Source: a virus (lineage: Duplodnaviria; Caudoviricetes). From it: DNA of 64,000 nt. Under the pieces are notes generated by a model that was not told the origin of the DNA, did not search any database, and saw only the letters and a list, made by a program, of their open reading frames with translations. Made by a program: the position numbers and the translations under genes. The stretch is from IMG/VR virus record IMGVR_UViG_3300011947_000001, positions 18,103-82,102 of that record; one strand, written 5' to 3'. Positions 1 through 8,563 of the stretch are shown here, one piece after another. The first letter of the stretch is position 1. Every line of letters begins with the position of its first letter.

Positions 1-159
1 CCCAGCATGGGGACAGCAATGTGATACAAATTGATCCCCTACTCTCATTGCGCCTTTCCCATTCGTAATCACATTCCCTGATGCACTACTACAAGGTGAA
101 GGGGGAAAGCATCCATGCCCCGACTGTTGATCACCTAAGCGTGATGCTGGCTTACCCAT
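1..159 (-). CDS. PAAR-domain baseplate spike tip protein (T4 gp5.4-like), 3' end outside window
   Basis: Not in ORF track. Manual translation from ATG at 159: MGKPASRLGDQQSGHGCFPPSPCSSASGNVITNGKGAMRVGDQFVSHCCPHAG, matching PAAR-type RLGD..GH / V..NG...RVGD...H motifs. Confidence 0.9.
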   Translation of the reverse strand, partial: MGKPASRLGDQQSGHGCFPPSPCSSASGNVITNGKGAMRVGDQFVSHCCPHAG

Positions 160-204
160 ATTATTTCCTTTTATTTGTATTTAACAAAATCTTTATATGG
201 AATT

Positions 205-214
205 TATTTAAATA
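205..214. promoter_or_regulatory. Palindromic TATTTAAATA, candidate bidirectional late promoter between PAAR and gp14
   Basis: Perfect palindrome giving TTTAAATA on both strands between two divergent structural genes; resembles T4 late promoter TATAAATA. Confidence 0.5.
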
Positions 215-235
215 CAAATAAAAAGAAGATTTATT

Positions 236-886
236 ATGGCAACAAACAAATATTTCGATCACTTATATAACGAAAGTGAACAAGATACGTTTGCTGATTT
301 AATGCAAGAATCAATTCAAATTAATGGGGTAGACGTATTATATATTGTTCGTGACATTGAAAAATTTGATGAATTACTTAGAGAAGAAAAATTAAGCGTA
401 TTCAGAACCACATATGTTATTGAAGCATATATGCAAAATAATGGTCAGAATACAACCATGCAAAAGTATATGTCTAAATTCGGATTCCGGTTTGAAGAAA
501 ATACTGAAATTGTAATTTCATCTAAATCATGGGATGAGTTAGGCACTGGTTTTGCACAGCCACGCGAAGGTGACTATATATATATTGGTGATCCGAATGA
601 CCAATATGGATCATTTGTGAATTGTATGTTCCAAATTAATCAAATGTGGGATGGTTATCCTGACACTATGCAGTTTGGTACAGTTTCAACATATCGCCTA
701 TCCCTATCTAGCGTAAATAAATCATATAGCAACATCATGGATACGACATACACCGATATTAACGACTTCTTGAATCCAACCAAAGAAAGCGAAAATCAAA
801 CCACTATTAAAAAAGAAGCAGATAAGTTCACTGATATCAATGTCGTTTCAGGTGGCAATCCATTTACTAAATTTGGGAAAAAATAA
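236..886 (+). CDS. gp14: Neck protein (T4 gp14-like)
   Basis: N-terminal EQDTFADLMQESIQINGVDVLYIVR and P(R)EGDYIY motif typical of gp14; followed by gp15. Confidence 0.88.
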   Translation: MATNKYFDHLYNESEQDTFADLMQESIQINGVDVLYIVRDIEKFDELLREEKLSVFRTTYVIEAYMQNNGQNTTMQKYMSKFGFRFEENTEIVISSKSWDELGTGFAQPREGDYIYIGDPNDQYGSFVNCMFQINQMWDGYPDTMQFGTVSTYRLSLSSVNKSYSNIMDTTYTDINDFLNPTKESENQTTIKKEADKFTDINVVSGGNPFTKFGKK

Positions 887-888
887 CT

Positions 889-1599
889 ATGATTGGTGAA
901 TTTTTTTATCATCGTTCAATTAAAAAAGTAATTGCTACTTTTGGTTCATTATTCAGCGATGTAGTTATTCAAGCTGGGAATAATGAAATTGTTACTGTTC
1001 CTATTCAGTATGCACATAAACAAAAATTTATTGAAGTTTTAAGCAATAACACCGATGTGCGGAATTTATATACTGATATTGGTCTACCAGTAATGGGTTT
1101 TGAAATCACCAGTTTTACATATGCGCCAGAACGTATGACGAACCCTTTGAATATTCAAAATATTAGAAAGAGTGAGAATGAAGTGAATATGATATTCACA
1201 TCCATTCCTTATTCTATTGGCATTGAATTATATATTGCCACAAATACAGTGGATGAAGGATATCAAATTTTAGAACAAATTGTGCCTTTCTTCACACCCC
1301 AATTGAACGTGACGATATCCGATATTGACTTTCATAACATTAAAACAAACTTGACTTTTGATTTAACGTCATTTTCCCAAGATATCCAGAATGAAGGTGC
1401 ATTTGATGAAAAACGAGTATGTTTATTTAACTTTAGTTTTATTTGTCACACTAAATTCCATAGTAATCCACGCTCTCTTGAAAGGATTAAGAAGGTGATC
1501 ATTGAAATGAAGGATGATGATCATAATGATGCGTTTGATAGATTTGTAGGTGAATACAAATACATGGAGAATGATAATAATGAAGGAAATGAACCATGA
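889..1599 (+). CDS. gp15: Tail sheath stabiliser / tail completion protein (T4 gp15-like)
   Basis: FYHRSIKKVIATFGSLFSDV, VPIQYAHKQKF, LPVMGFEI, QILEQIVPFFTP motifs. Confidence 0.92.
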   Translation: MIGEFFYHRSIKKVIATFGSLFSDVVIQAGNNEIVTVPIQYAHKQKFIEVLSNNTDVRNLYTDIGLPVMGFEITSFTYAPERMTNPLNIQNIRKSENEVNMIFTSIPYSIGIELYIATNTVDEGYQILEQIVPFFTPQLNVTISDIDFHNIKTNLTFDLTSFSQDIQNEGAFDEKRVCLFNFSFICHTKFHSNPRSLERIKKVIIEMKDDDHNDAFDRFVGEYKYMENDNNEGNEP

Positions 1600-2162
1600 G
1601 TAAAGTTGATGTATTGGCCGATATATTCAATACCAGCCATAAGAAGAATTACGCCACTGGCAAATTTGAATCAGTAAATGAACATGATGATTCTGTAGTA
1701 GCAGAAAATACATATTCATTAGTTGTTAATAATGAAGGTAATGAAGGAAATGTTGAAATTGATGATAATCAAGAAGATGAATGTGTTGATCCAATAGAAG
1801 AAGTCGTTGAGTACACTGATCCAGATGATGTGGACTATTTGGTGGATGAAGAAGAAGCCAAAAGAAATATCAAAACCATTATTGAAAATGGTATGGACTT
1901 AATGGAAGACCTATGTGAAAACGTTCGAGATTCTGAACAACCAAAATCTTTTGAATATGCTGCTGTCTTTATGAAAACTTTGGTTGAAATGAATGAAAAA
2001 ATGTTAGATATACATGATCGCAAAAAGAAACGTAAAAATATGGCGAAGCCACAAGGCAACACACCTACTAATAATATTTCTCAAGTGAACAATAATATCA
2101 ATATATATGAAAGTTCTCCAACAAATATTTTGAAGCAAATTAAAGGGAAAAAAGAAAAATGA
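1596..2162 (+). CDS. gp16: Terminase small subunit (T4 gp16-like)
   Basis: Acidic N-terminus plus helical core (NIKTIIENG...SEQPKSFEYAAVFMKTLVEMNEKMLDIH) and NNNINI tail; position after gp15. Confidence 0.7.
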   Translation: MSKVDVLADIFNTSHKKNYATGKFESVNEHDDSVVAENTYSLVVNNEGNEGNVEIDDNQEDECVDPIEEVVEYTDPDDVDYLVDEEEAKRNIKTIIENGMDLMEDLCENVRDSEQPKSFEYAAVFMKTLVEMNEKMLDIHDRKKKRKNMAKPQGNTPTNNISQVNNNINIYESSPTNILKQIKGKKEK

Positions 2163-2875
2163 ACGTAAAACAATTACAAGAATGGTTAAATGAAAAAGGT
2201 GCAAATCCAAAATTGGTTTGTGACGGTTTAGGTGGCCCTAAAACACGTAATGCATTAATTCAAGTATTTACCAACAAAAATGCTGCGGCTGTGACACCTT
2301 TACATATTAGTAAATTAGCCAAGCAGTTAGGGGATACATCTGAAAAGCGCATTAATGCAGTTGCAAAAGTTGAATCATCTGGATCAGCTTTCACAAATGA
2401 TGGATTAGTAAAAATTTTATATGAACGCCACTATTTTTACAAATTTGTGAAACGTGTAATTTATTTCCCAAACACTAAAAATCATTTTTTATCTAATTCA
2501 CAATATGGTGGGTATACCACTGATTTCAATAATAATAATATTAATGATTCGTGGGAAAAGCTGGCATATGCTGCATGTATTGATCCAGATGGTGCATTTC
2601 AATCTGTATCGATTGGTAAATTCCAAGTAATGGGTATATATTACGACAAACTTGGTTATTCTCATCCAATCGATATGTTATGGGATGCAAGCCGGAATGA
2701 AGGCAGCCATTATGATATGCTTGTTGGATATATATTAAATGTGGCAAATTTGAAATCTGCATTTCTCAAATTGTCTACAAATGCGGAAACTTGTAGACCA
2801 TTTGCAAAAGGATTTAATGGTTCAAAATACCAATTATATGATTATCACAACAAATTAGCTAAAGCAATGTTGTAA
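2159..2875 (+). CDS. Modular endolysin: PG-binding N-terminus plus N-acetylmuramidase (DUF3380-like)
   Basis: LQEWLN...DGLGGPKT PG-binding motif; AVAKVESSG, ILYERHYF, S.GKFQVMG, FAKGFNG motifs. Confidence 0.88.
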   Translation: MNVKQLQEWLNEKGANPKLVCDGLGGPKTRNALIQVFTNKNAAAVTPLHISKLAKQLGDTSEKRINAVAKVESSGSAFTNDGLVKILYERHYFYKFVKRVIYFPNTKNHFLSNSQYGGYTTDFNNNNINDSWEKLAYAACIDPDGAFQSVSIGKFQVMGIYYDKLGYSHPIDMLWDASRNEGSHYDMLVGYILNVANLKSAFLKLSTNAETCRPFAKGFNGSKYQLYDYHNKLAKAML

Positions 2876-3223
2876 TTATTCCCCATATTCAGAATTCATA
2901 AAAAACTCATGTACTTCAATCACTTCCTGTAAGTGATTGTGGTCAAACCCAATAGCATGAACAAGTTCTAATCTTAACTTATTTGATAACCGATCATATA
3001 AAGCTAAAGCCTGATCTATAGTAAAGTCCTGCAAAAATGAAAAGTAATTTCTAATATGATCATCTTCATGCGATCCAAAAAGAAGATTATATTGTTTGAT
3101 GAGCGAGTTTTTCAAATTAAAATCAAAAATACTTTCGATATAATTTAAACGATCCTCTTTTGTTTTCAACACTAACATCTTCATGGATTCTACATCTGCG
3201 AAGAATAATACCTGTGTCGCCAT
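2876..3223 (-). CDS. Hypothetical protein
   Basis: ORF; start moved to ATG at 3223 behind a GGAGG Shine-Dalgarno. Confidence 0.6.
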   Translation of the reverse strand: MATQVLFFADVESMKMLVLKTKEDRLNYIESIFDFNLKNSLIKQYNLLFGSHEDDHIRNYFSFLQDFTIDQALALYDRLSNKLRLELVHAIGFDHNHLQEVIEVHEFFMNSEYGE

Positions 3224-3274
3224 TCTATACCCTCCATTTTTATCGGTCTTTGTTATTTCTTGTAAGAGTATAAT

Positions 3275-3306
3275 AAAAAAAGGTGTATTTGCATACACCT
3301 TTTTTT
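3275..3306. terminator. Bidirectional intrinsic terminator
   Basis: A7-GGTGTA-TTTGCA-TACACC-T7 hairpin. Confidence 0.7.
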
Positions 3307-3380
3307 GCTTTTTTTCATTTTATTTAGTCAAGCTGTAAAACCCCGTCACCCCAAGTTACAAAATCTAAAAGCAACAGTTA

Positions 3381-3665
3381 TTACATTACTAAACGTTGAC
3401 CTTTATCAGTGTTGACTTTATCTGCTGAATCGATTACATATACACGATTGAATCGGTTAGCACACAAATAGTCATCACGACCTTTTTGTAACATGCGGTA
3501 AACATCTGGTGCACTGATTTCACGTGCATCACTGTCAGTTTGACGTTCCAACCAACGTTTACGGTTAGCAACAGTTTCAAAAGCGAATGCTTGTTCTTTA
3601 CCATTTACAGTTTTAACAGCATAAAAGTTGCGACCACTTGTTTTATTAACACTAACTTTAGACAT
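3381..3665 (-). CDS. Hypothetical protein
   Basis: 94 aa ORF with SD (AGGAGAG) upstream. Confidence 0.7.
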   Translation of the reverse strand: MSKVSVNKTSGRNFYAVKTVNGKEQAFAFETVANRKRWLERQTDSDAREISAPDVYRMLQKGRDDYLCANRFNRVYVIDSADKVNTDKGQRLVM

Positions 3666-3892
3666 ATCTTCTCTCTCCTAAATAAGTCGTACTTACTGTG
3701 TAGTTGAGATAAATATAATCATAAAAATTCAAATATGCAAATACCGAAATGTCAACAAAGTGTTAATAAACCCTTCATCAACATAACATTCTAATATTTA
3801 GTAAATAATTATTCGAATAAAATCAATAGGATAAAAAAATAACAAAGCAGTTACAATTTTTCCATTATTTTATGAATTTCCTAACTGATATA

Positions 3893-3918
3893 GGAAAGCC
3901 GCTGAAAAGCGGCTTTCC
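3893..3918 (-). terminator. Intrinsic terminator after glutaredoxin
   Basis: GGAAAGCCGC-TGAAAA-GCGGCTTTCC hairpin next to the stop codon. Confidence 0.6.
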
Positions 3919-3919
3919 A

Positions 3920-4177
3920 TCAAAATGCAGCACGTAGCGCATTCAAATTTGCAAAAGAATTGCCGTCTTCATCCACAATATATGGTGCTGAACGAACTGA
4001 CGGGTATTTTTGAATAAACTCCATGCGGTCAATTTCTTTTTCTGAATCAACAACTTCGCCTACAATTTTAATAACTTTGTATGGAATATTACGTTCTTCA
4101 AGATATTGAATCGCATTCACACAATTTGGACATGCATCTTTGCTATATACTGTTAACACTTTTATTTTCCTTTTCAA
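3920..4177 (-). CDS. Glutaredoxin / NrdH-like redoxin (true start may be GTG at 4159)
   Basis: VYSKDACPNC CxxC motif and SAPYI; directly downstream of nrdB. Confidence 0.88.
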   Translation of the reverse strand: MKRKIKVLTVYSKDACPNCVNAIQYLEERNIPYKVIKIVGEVVDSEKEIDRMEFIQKYPSVRSAPYIVDEDGNSFANLNALRAAF

Positions 4178-4179
4178 AC

Positions 4180-5319
4180 TTAAATATCAAACACTTCATC
4201 TTCAGAATCATCAATTACTACCCCAACCTTATATGCAGCAACATCTTGTTCTTGTGGTGCTGCTTGAGTAGCATTGATGTTTATCCAATCTTCCAACAAT
4301 GGCATTGGGTTCTTTTTAGGGAACACAAATTCATTAGTTTCAATGCCTAAGAATCTATAAACATCTTTGGCATTGAATAACACCCATTCTTTTAAAAGTT
4401 CTGGTGTCGTTCCAACTAAATTTATACCATCTTCATGAATACCATCAATAAAATCAAATTCGCTTTGAATGATTTCACGACCTAATTCAATCATCCATTC
4501 TTTCAATTCATTAAAGCAACGTAATCCACGTTCACTCTTTAATTCATATCCTAAAACAGCTTTGCCAAATTCAGAATGAACTTCTAATTCATCTTGACAA
4601 ATTTTTTGAACAGCTTTTCCAATTGGTTGAAACAATCCAGTTGAACAGATGGTGAATGTAATTCCAAAAGATGCCATAAACTGGATGCGTTCTAAGAATA
4701 ATGCGCAAATTACAGTTTTAAGTACAACTTCACGATATAATTCATCCGTTAAAGGGATCAAACCAGCCCAATACTGTTTACTTAAATGTAAAGCCTTTTC
4801 AAGAGTATCTGTTAAAACATTCAACCGTTTTTGTGTAGCCTTAAAATCCATGATTTCTTGAATAACTTCATCAGGATTTTCAAAGGATAACTTAACAATT
4901 TCTGAATATGTAAACGCATGTAAATGTTCATTATCTGCAATACGAACCAGCGTAGCCCAATATTCAGTAGATGTTGAAAACGGCATTAGAATTGCAAGGA
5001 ATGAGCGTGATGCTACAGAATCCGCTTCCCATTGCCATCCAATGGTTTTAATCATCTTTTCAGAAATATATTTTGGAGTGGTTTTGAATTCAACCAAACA
5101 ACGGCTATAATCGAATTCATTTTCATCCCAATCCAAGGATTTCATTTCTTTATATAATTTCCAAATGTTGGGATACTGCTTATAAATTGTATCTACTAAA
5201 GCAGGTTCCGTACCCCCAAACATTGGATAATTTTTATATTGATCAATAGTTTTAAGGCTATTAAAAATTTTTGATCTTTTCAAACCTTCTTTCTTTGTGG
5301 TCACTCTATACTCCAACAC
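4180..5319 (-). CDS. nrdB: Class Ia ribonucleotide reductase beta subunit
   Basis: WEADSVAS, NEHLHAFTYS, LERIQFMASF, QDELEVH di-iron motifs; APQE C-terminus. Confidence 0.96.
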   Translation of the reverse strand: MLEYRVTTKKEGLKRSKIFNSLKTIDQYKNYPMFGGTEPALVDTIYKQYPNIWKLYKEMKSLDWDENEFDYSRCLVEFKTTPKYISEKMIKTIGWQWEADSVASRSFLAILMPFSTSTEYWATLVRIADNEHLHAFTYSEIVKLSFENPDEVIQEIMDFKATQKRLNVLTDTLEKALHLSKQYWAGLIPLTDELYREVVLKTVICALFLERIQFMASFGITFTICSTGLFQPIGKAVQKICQDELEVHSEFGKAVLGYELKSERGLRCFNELKEWMIELGREIIQSEFDFIDGIHEDGINLVGTTPELLKEWVLFNAKDVYRFLGIETNEFVFPKKNPMPLLEDWININATQAAPQEQDVAAYKVGVVIDDSEDEVFDI

Positions 5320-5605
5320 ATTATAAACTAATATTTATGTGTTAGAATTTTACCAAATCATATTTGATCATATTCAATTGTACATACACGATATCCTCTT
5401 TTTCGTGTGTACACAAATATAAACAATCTCACAAAAAATCACAATACTACATAACCAAAAAAATTGAGTTTTTATTCTATTTCTTTAAATTACCGATGAA
5501 TGGTTAATTTAGTTCATTAATTAATCAATATAATTAAATCATATTTGTAATTGTATATACAATATGATAATATGAACTTAATATAAACAATGGCGGTTGT
5601 TTAAA

Positions 5606-6196
5606 ATGAATATTAAACTAGAACGGTTAAGTAAATTGTGTGTTCGTTGGAAGAAATTAAATAAGTCAACTCCAAGTTCAGCCGAACTTCCGCGCCTAGT
5701 TGTAGATATTAATAATTTGGTTAATGAACTTATTGAAGAAAAATCATTCGATTCTAAAGATAGCATCAAAATAGCATTGAAAGAATTGGAAAATAAACCA
5801 AAGAAAAATGCACTTGTTAAAGTTTGCAGTCGTTGCGGTGGTTCAGGTGTTTATCTTGATATGGGCGCTTGCTTTGGATGTAATGGGTCTGGTATCCAAC
5901 AAACAGCACATGGTAAACGTCTTCATTGCTGGAAAGAAGATATCGCTTTCTACACTAATCAAAAAGAACAAGGATCAGACTACTATACTAATCAATATGA
6001 ATTGGCAATCGCATCAGCCAAGAAAAATATTGAATCGACTAACCATGCTGGGTTAAAAGCTAAATATCAAAGCGATCTTGAAAAGGTTATAAGTGAATAC
6101 CAAAAACACAAGGATCGTATTGCTAAATTTAATGAAGATTATGCCAAATATGGCGAAAAGGTTCCAAAAGGTTATAAACTACCCCTGATCTTCTAA
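5606..6196 (+). CDS. Hypothetical protein with DnaJ-type CxxCxGxG zinc finger
   Basis: CSRCGGSG...CFGCNGSG. Confidence 0.7.
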   Translation: MNIKLERLSKLCVRWKKLNKSTPSSAELPRLVVDINNLVNELIEEKSFDSKDSIKIALKELENKPKKNALVKVCSRCGGSGVYLDMGACFGCNGSGIQQTAHGKRLHCWKEDIAFYTNQKEQGSDYYTNQYELAIASAKKNIESTNHAGLKAKYQSDLEKVISEYQKHKDRIAKFNEDYAKYGEKVPKGYKLPLIF

Positions 6197-6226
6197 TTAG
6201 AAGATCACCCAACCAAAGAGTAAAAT

Positions 6227-6517
6227 ATGAAAACATTAGCTGAATTAAAACAAACTTATGGTAATAATGAATTCTTTATTGCCTTTTATGATCTAAACAC
6301 ATTGATTCAACCAAAAAAGGTTCTGATCGATGATAATCTAATCGTATGGCATGATGGCAGATGTATCATTAACGGCATGAAAGATAAACTATTCGATCAC
6401 GCATTAGATCAAAAGTCTTTAATGATAAATTTGAAACAACGATTGGCCGATGAATATCAATATAATGGTAAAGATGTGGATGTGATTTTCCAGAAGAAGC
6501 AAGCTAAAAAGCTATAA
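6227..6517 (+). CDS. Hypothetical protein
   Basis: 96 aa ORF followed by a terminator. Confidence 0.65.
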   Translation: MKTLAELKQTYGNNEFFIAFYDLNTLIQPKKVLIDDNLIVWHDGRCIINGMKDKLFDHALDQKSLMINLKQRLADEYQYNGKDVDVIFQKKQAKKL

Positions 6518-6546
6518 AGAAAGGGGATCATATGATCCCCTCTTTT
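6518..6546. terminator. Bidirectional terminator between convergent genes
   Basis: AAAGGGGATCA-TA-TGATCCCCTCTTT hairpin. Confidence 0.7.
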
Positions 6547-6558
6547 AATTCAATGCTA

Positions 6559-6918
6559 TTACAGCATATCGCTTTCTAAAAACTTAGCAAACGTGAATCC
6601 TTCATTCATCTTTTCTTCTGGAACACCAATAGAGAATGAACCGCCTTGTGGCTGTGTAAAAGTCCAACCTTTTTTGCGGAATTCAGTGAAGTCTTTATCG
6701 ATAACTGATGAAACGTTTTTAGCACTTGCACCAACACCATCTTCATGTGGTACAGCACGACCTTTAAGAATAGTCACTTCAACGTAACCATCAGCATCTT
6801 GTTTAAGTGTAACATCACCATCAGCTAATCCAAGATCAGGTTTAGTTGATTTAAGAAGCAATTCTTTAATGCGTTGTGCTTCTTTCATTGATTTATCTTT
6901 ATTGATTGAATTAGCCAT
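6559..6918 (-). CDS. Hypothetical late protein with C-terminal FAKFLES motif (possible head protein)
   Basis: 119 aa ORF, CTAAATA upstream (~6947-6953), ends NEGFTFAKFLESDML. Confidence 0.65.
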   Translation of the reverse strand: MANSINKDKSMKEAQRIKELLLKSTKPDLGLADGDVTLKQDADGYVEVTILKGRAVPHEDGVGASAKNVSSVIDKDFTEFRKKGWTFTQPQGGSFSIGVPEEKMNEGFTFAKFLESDML

Positions 6919-6957
6919 TTTATATAACTCTTTTTATGTATTTGTATTTATTTAGAA

Positions 6958-6983
6958 AAAGAGTGGCTTTTATACCACTCTTT
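6958..6983 (-). terminator. Terminator after nrdA C-terminal fragment
   Basis: AAAGAGTGG...CCACTCTTT hairpin. Confidence 0.6.
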
Positions 6984-6988
6984 CAGAT

Positions 6989-7495
6989 TTAGATACTACA
7001 GCTTTCACATTCTGCTTCAGCTTCAGAAGCGTTCAGATTGATATCTTTTCCGCCTTTAGTGTTCTGGTAGTAGCCTTGCTTCACACCATACTTGTAACGT
7101 GTATTGAAGCCTGTAATCATTTCCTTGGTTCCGACTTTTTCATCCCCTTGGATTTTACGCCAGCGGTCGGCTGAAATGCCTTGATCACACCATTTTTGGA
7201 AGATCGCATAGATCATCGTCATATTATCAGTTGGGATTTCCCATGCTGATTCATATCGATTGCGAAGTTTTGTTGAATCTGGAACTACATAAGAAACTGA
7301 TTGAGTTTCATTAGTTTTGTTCAATACGATGTCACGGATCGGATATAAACCGTTCGTAGTTGCACCAGAAATAGATGAATTGTGAGATATCGTGCCATCA
7401 TCAAGAATATAATGATGTACTTCATCAACATTGATATCCATCGTGATAATACGATCATCTGTAACCTTAATTGATTTGATTTTAACAGCTTTCAT
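6989..7495 (-). CDS. nrdA: Split nrdA, C-terminal fragment: 39 aa C-intein plus C-extein
   Basis: MKAVKIKSIK...DINVDEVHHYILDDGTISHN|SSISGATTNGLYPIR; intein block G HN followed by Ser; ends with GVKQGYY and the C-terminal CESCSI redox pair. Confidence 0.93.
   Translation of the reverse strand: MKAVKIKSIKVTDDRIITMDINVDEVHHYILDDGTISHNSSISGATTNGLYPIRDIVLNKTNETQSVSYVVPDSTKLRNRYESAWEIPTDNMTMIYAIFQKWCDQGISADRWRKIQGDEKVGTKEMITGFNTRYKYGVKQGYYQNTKGGKDINLNASEAEAECESCSI
7379..7495 (-). mobile_element. C-intein half (IntC) of naturally split intein
   Basis: Block F (DINV..VHHY) and block G (SHN) at the start of an independent ORF. Confidence 0.9.
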
Positions 7496-8501
7496 TTACT
7501 TCGATTTCCTTTTTTAACTCATCTAAACTCTTATCACTTCTTGAACCTTTCGATAGGTTTTCAATTCGTGAAATTATTCTTAAATTTAAATAATGTCCAA
7601 TAATGCTTGGATCGACATTATTTACAAAACCATCTTTAACACTATATATGTGATCTAAATGATATTCATATCCGCGCTTTTCAATATCATTAATTAAATT
7701 ACCATATAATTTAATATTAATGTTTGATATTCTATAACACTCTTTTTTATAACATATGAATGATTCAATATCACAAATCGAACCAATAGTATTTCTGTAT
7801 CTATCAATTCTATCATCCCATTTAATCTTCCACATATCACCATATTTTTCTTTGTATTGTTTAATACCAAATGCTTTTTTGGCATCAATAATACTCATGA
7901 ATTCATCAACTTCATCTTTTGAATAACCTTGATTCATCCAATAATAACGATTTGAACCTGAGTTATTTCTATTCCAATCCTTAGCCATATTGATAGAAGT
8001 TAACTCATCATATCCACGCTTCATATAATATTCTTTACACCATTTGGATCGTTCTTTTCGTTCCAATTCAGACATATTATTAACCGTACAACTAACAGAT
8101 GTTTTTTGAAACTGTTCAAACAATTCAGTTCCTTTTTCAACACCATGACGTTTAATAAACCCTTCTAAATTAGTAGCTTTTGATTTCTTTTTCTCATCAA
8201 CGATTTTTTCAGCTTCATGTAACGAAATGTTATATCGGAATGCATTATATTTAATATCATATAGACTCGCTGTATTGATTGAATCAAGCGATCCACAATA
8301 ATCATTGAATGATATATAATTATCTTGCCATCCATCTTTAACTCTAATTGATGATAGATATGTATAATATCGTCTACTATCATCAAATTTATTCGAATTA
8401 AAAAAGTTTATAACATCATCCATTTCATCAACATCGAATAAACCATCAACAAAAACTTTATCAAACCACTTGTTTGAAAACTTCTTCACCGTTTTTCTCA
8501 C
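7482..8501 (-). CDS. Free-standing HNH homing endonuclease between the split-intein halves
   Basis: C-terminal YHLDHIYS...NLRIISRIENLSKGS HNH-type motif; GFIKRHG/KEKYG repeats; GTG start. Confidence 0.8.
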   Translation of the reverse strand: MRKTVKKFSNKWFDKVFVDGLFDVDEMDDVINFFNSNKFDDSRRYYTYLSSIRVKDGWQDNYISFNDYCGSLDSINTASLYDIKYNAFRYNISLHEAEKIVDEKKKSKATNLEGFIKRHGVEKGTELFEQFQKTSVSCTVNNMSELERKERSKWCKEYYMKRGYDELTSINMAKDWNRNNSGSNRYYWMNQGYSKDEVDEFMSIIDAKKAFGIKQYKEKYGDMWKIKWDDRIDRYRNTIGSICDIESFICYKKECYRISNINIKLYGNLINDIEKRGYEYHLDHIYSVKDGFVNNVDPSIIGHYLNLRIISRIENLSKGSRSDKSLDELKKEIEVNESC

Positions 8502-8551
8502 TTTAAATATCAGCTTATATGCCTTTATTTATATATTTGTGAGAAAAACGG
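8489..8551 (-). promoter_or_regulatory. Start-codon-sequestering hairpin with late promoter TATAAATA in its loop
   Basis: Perfect 13-bp inverted repeat 8489-8501 / 8539-8551, one arm being the first 13 nt of the HNH CDS; TATAAATA at 8526-8533 (minus strand). Confidence 0.8.
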
Positions 8552-8563
8552 CATGTGAGTGGA

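Noticed and set aside
7496-8563. Group I intron in nrdA
   Set aside because: Both flanks carry intein splice motifs, the IntC ORF has its own SD and ATG, and there is almost no non-coding room for an intron core.
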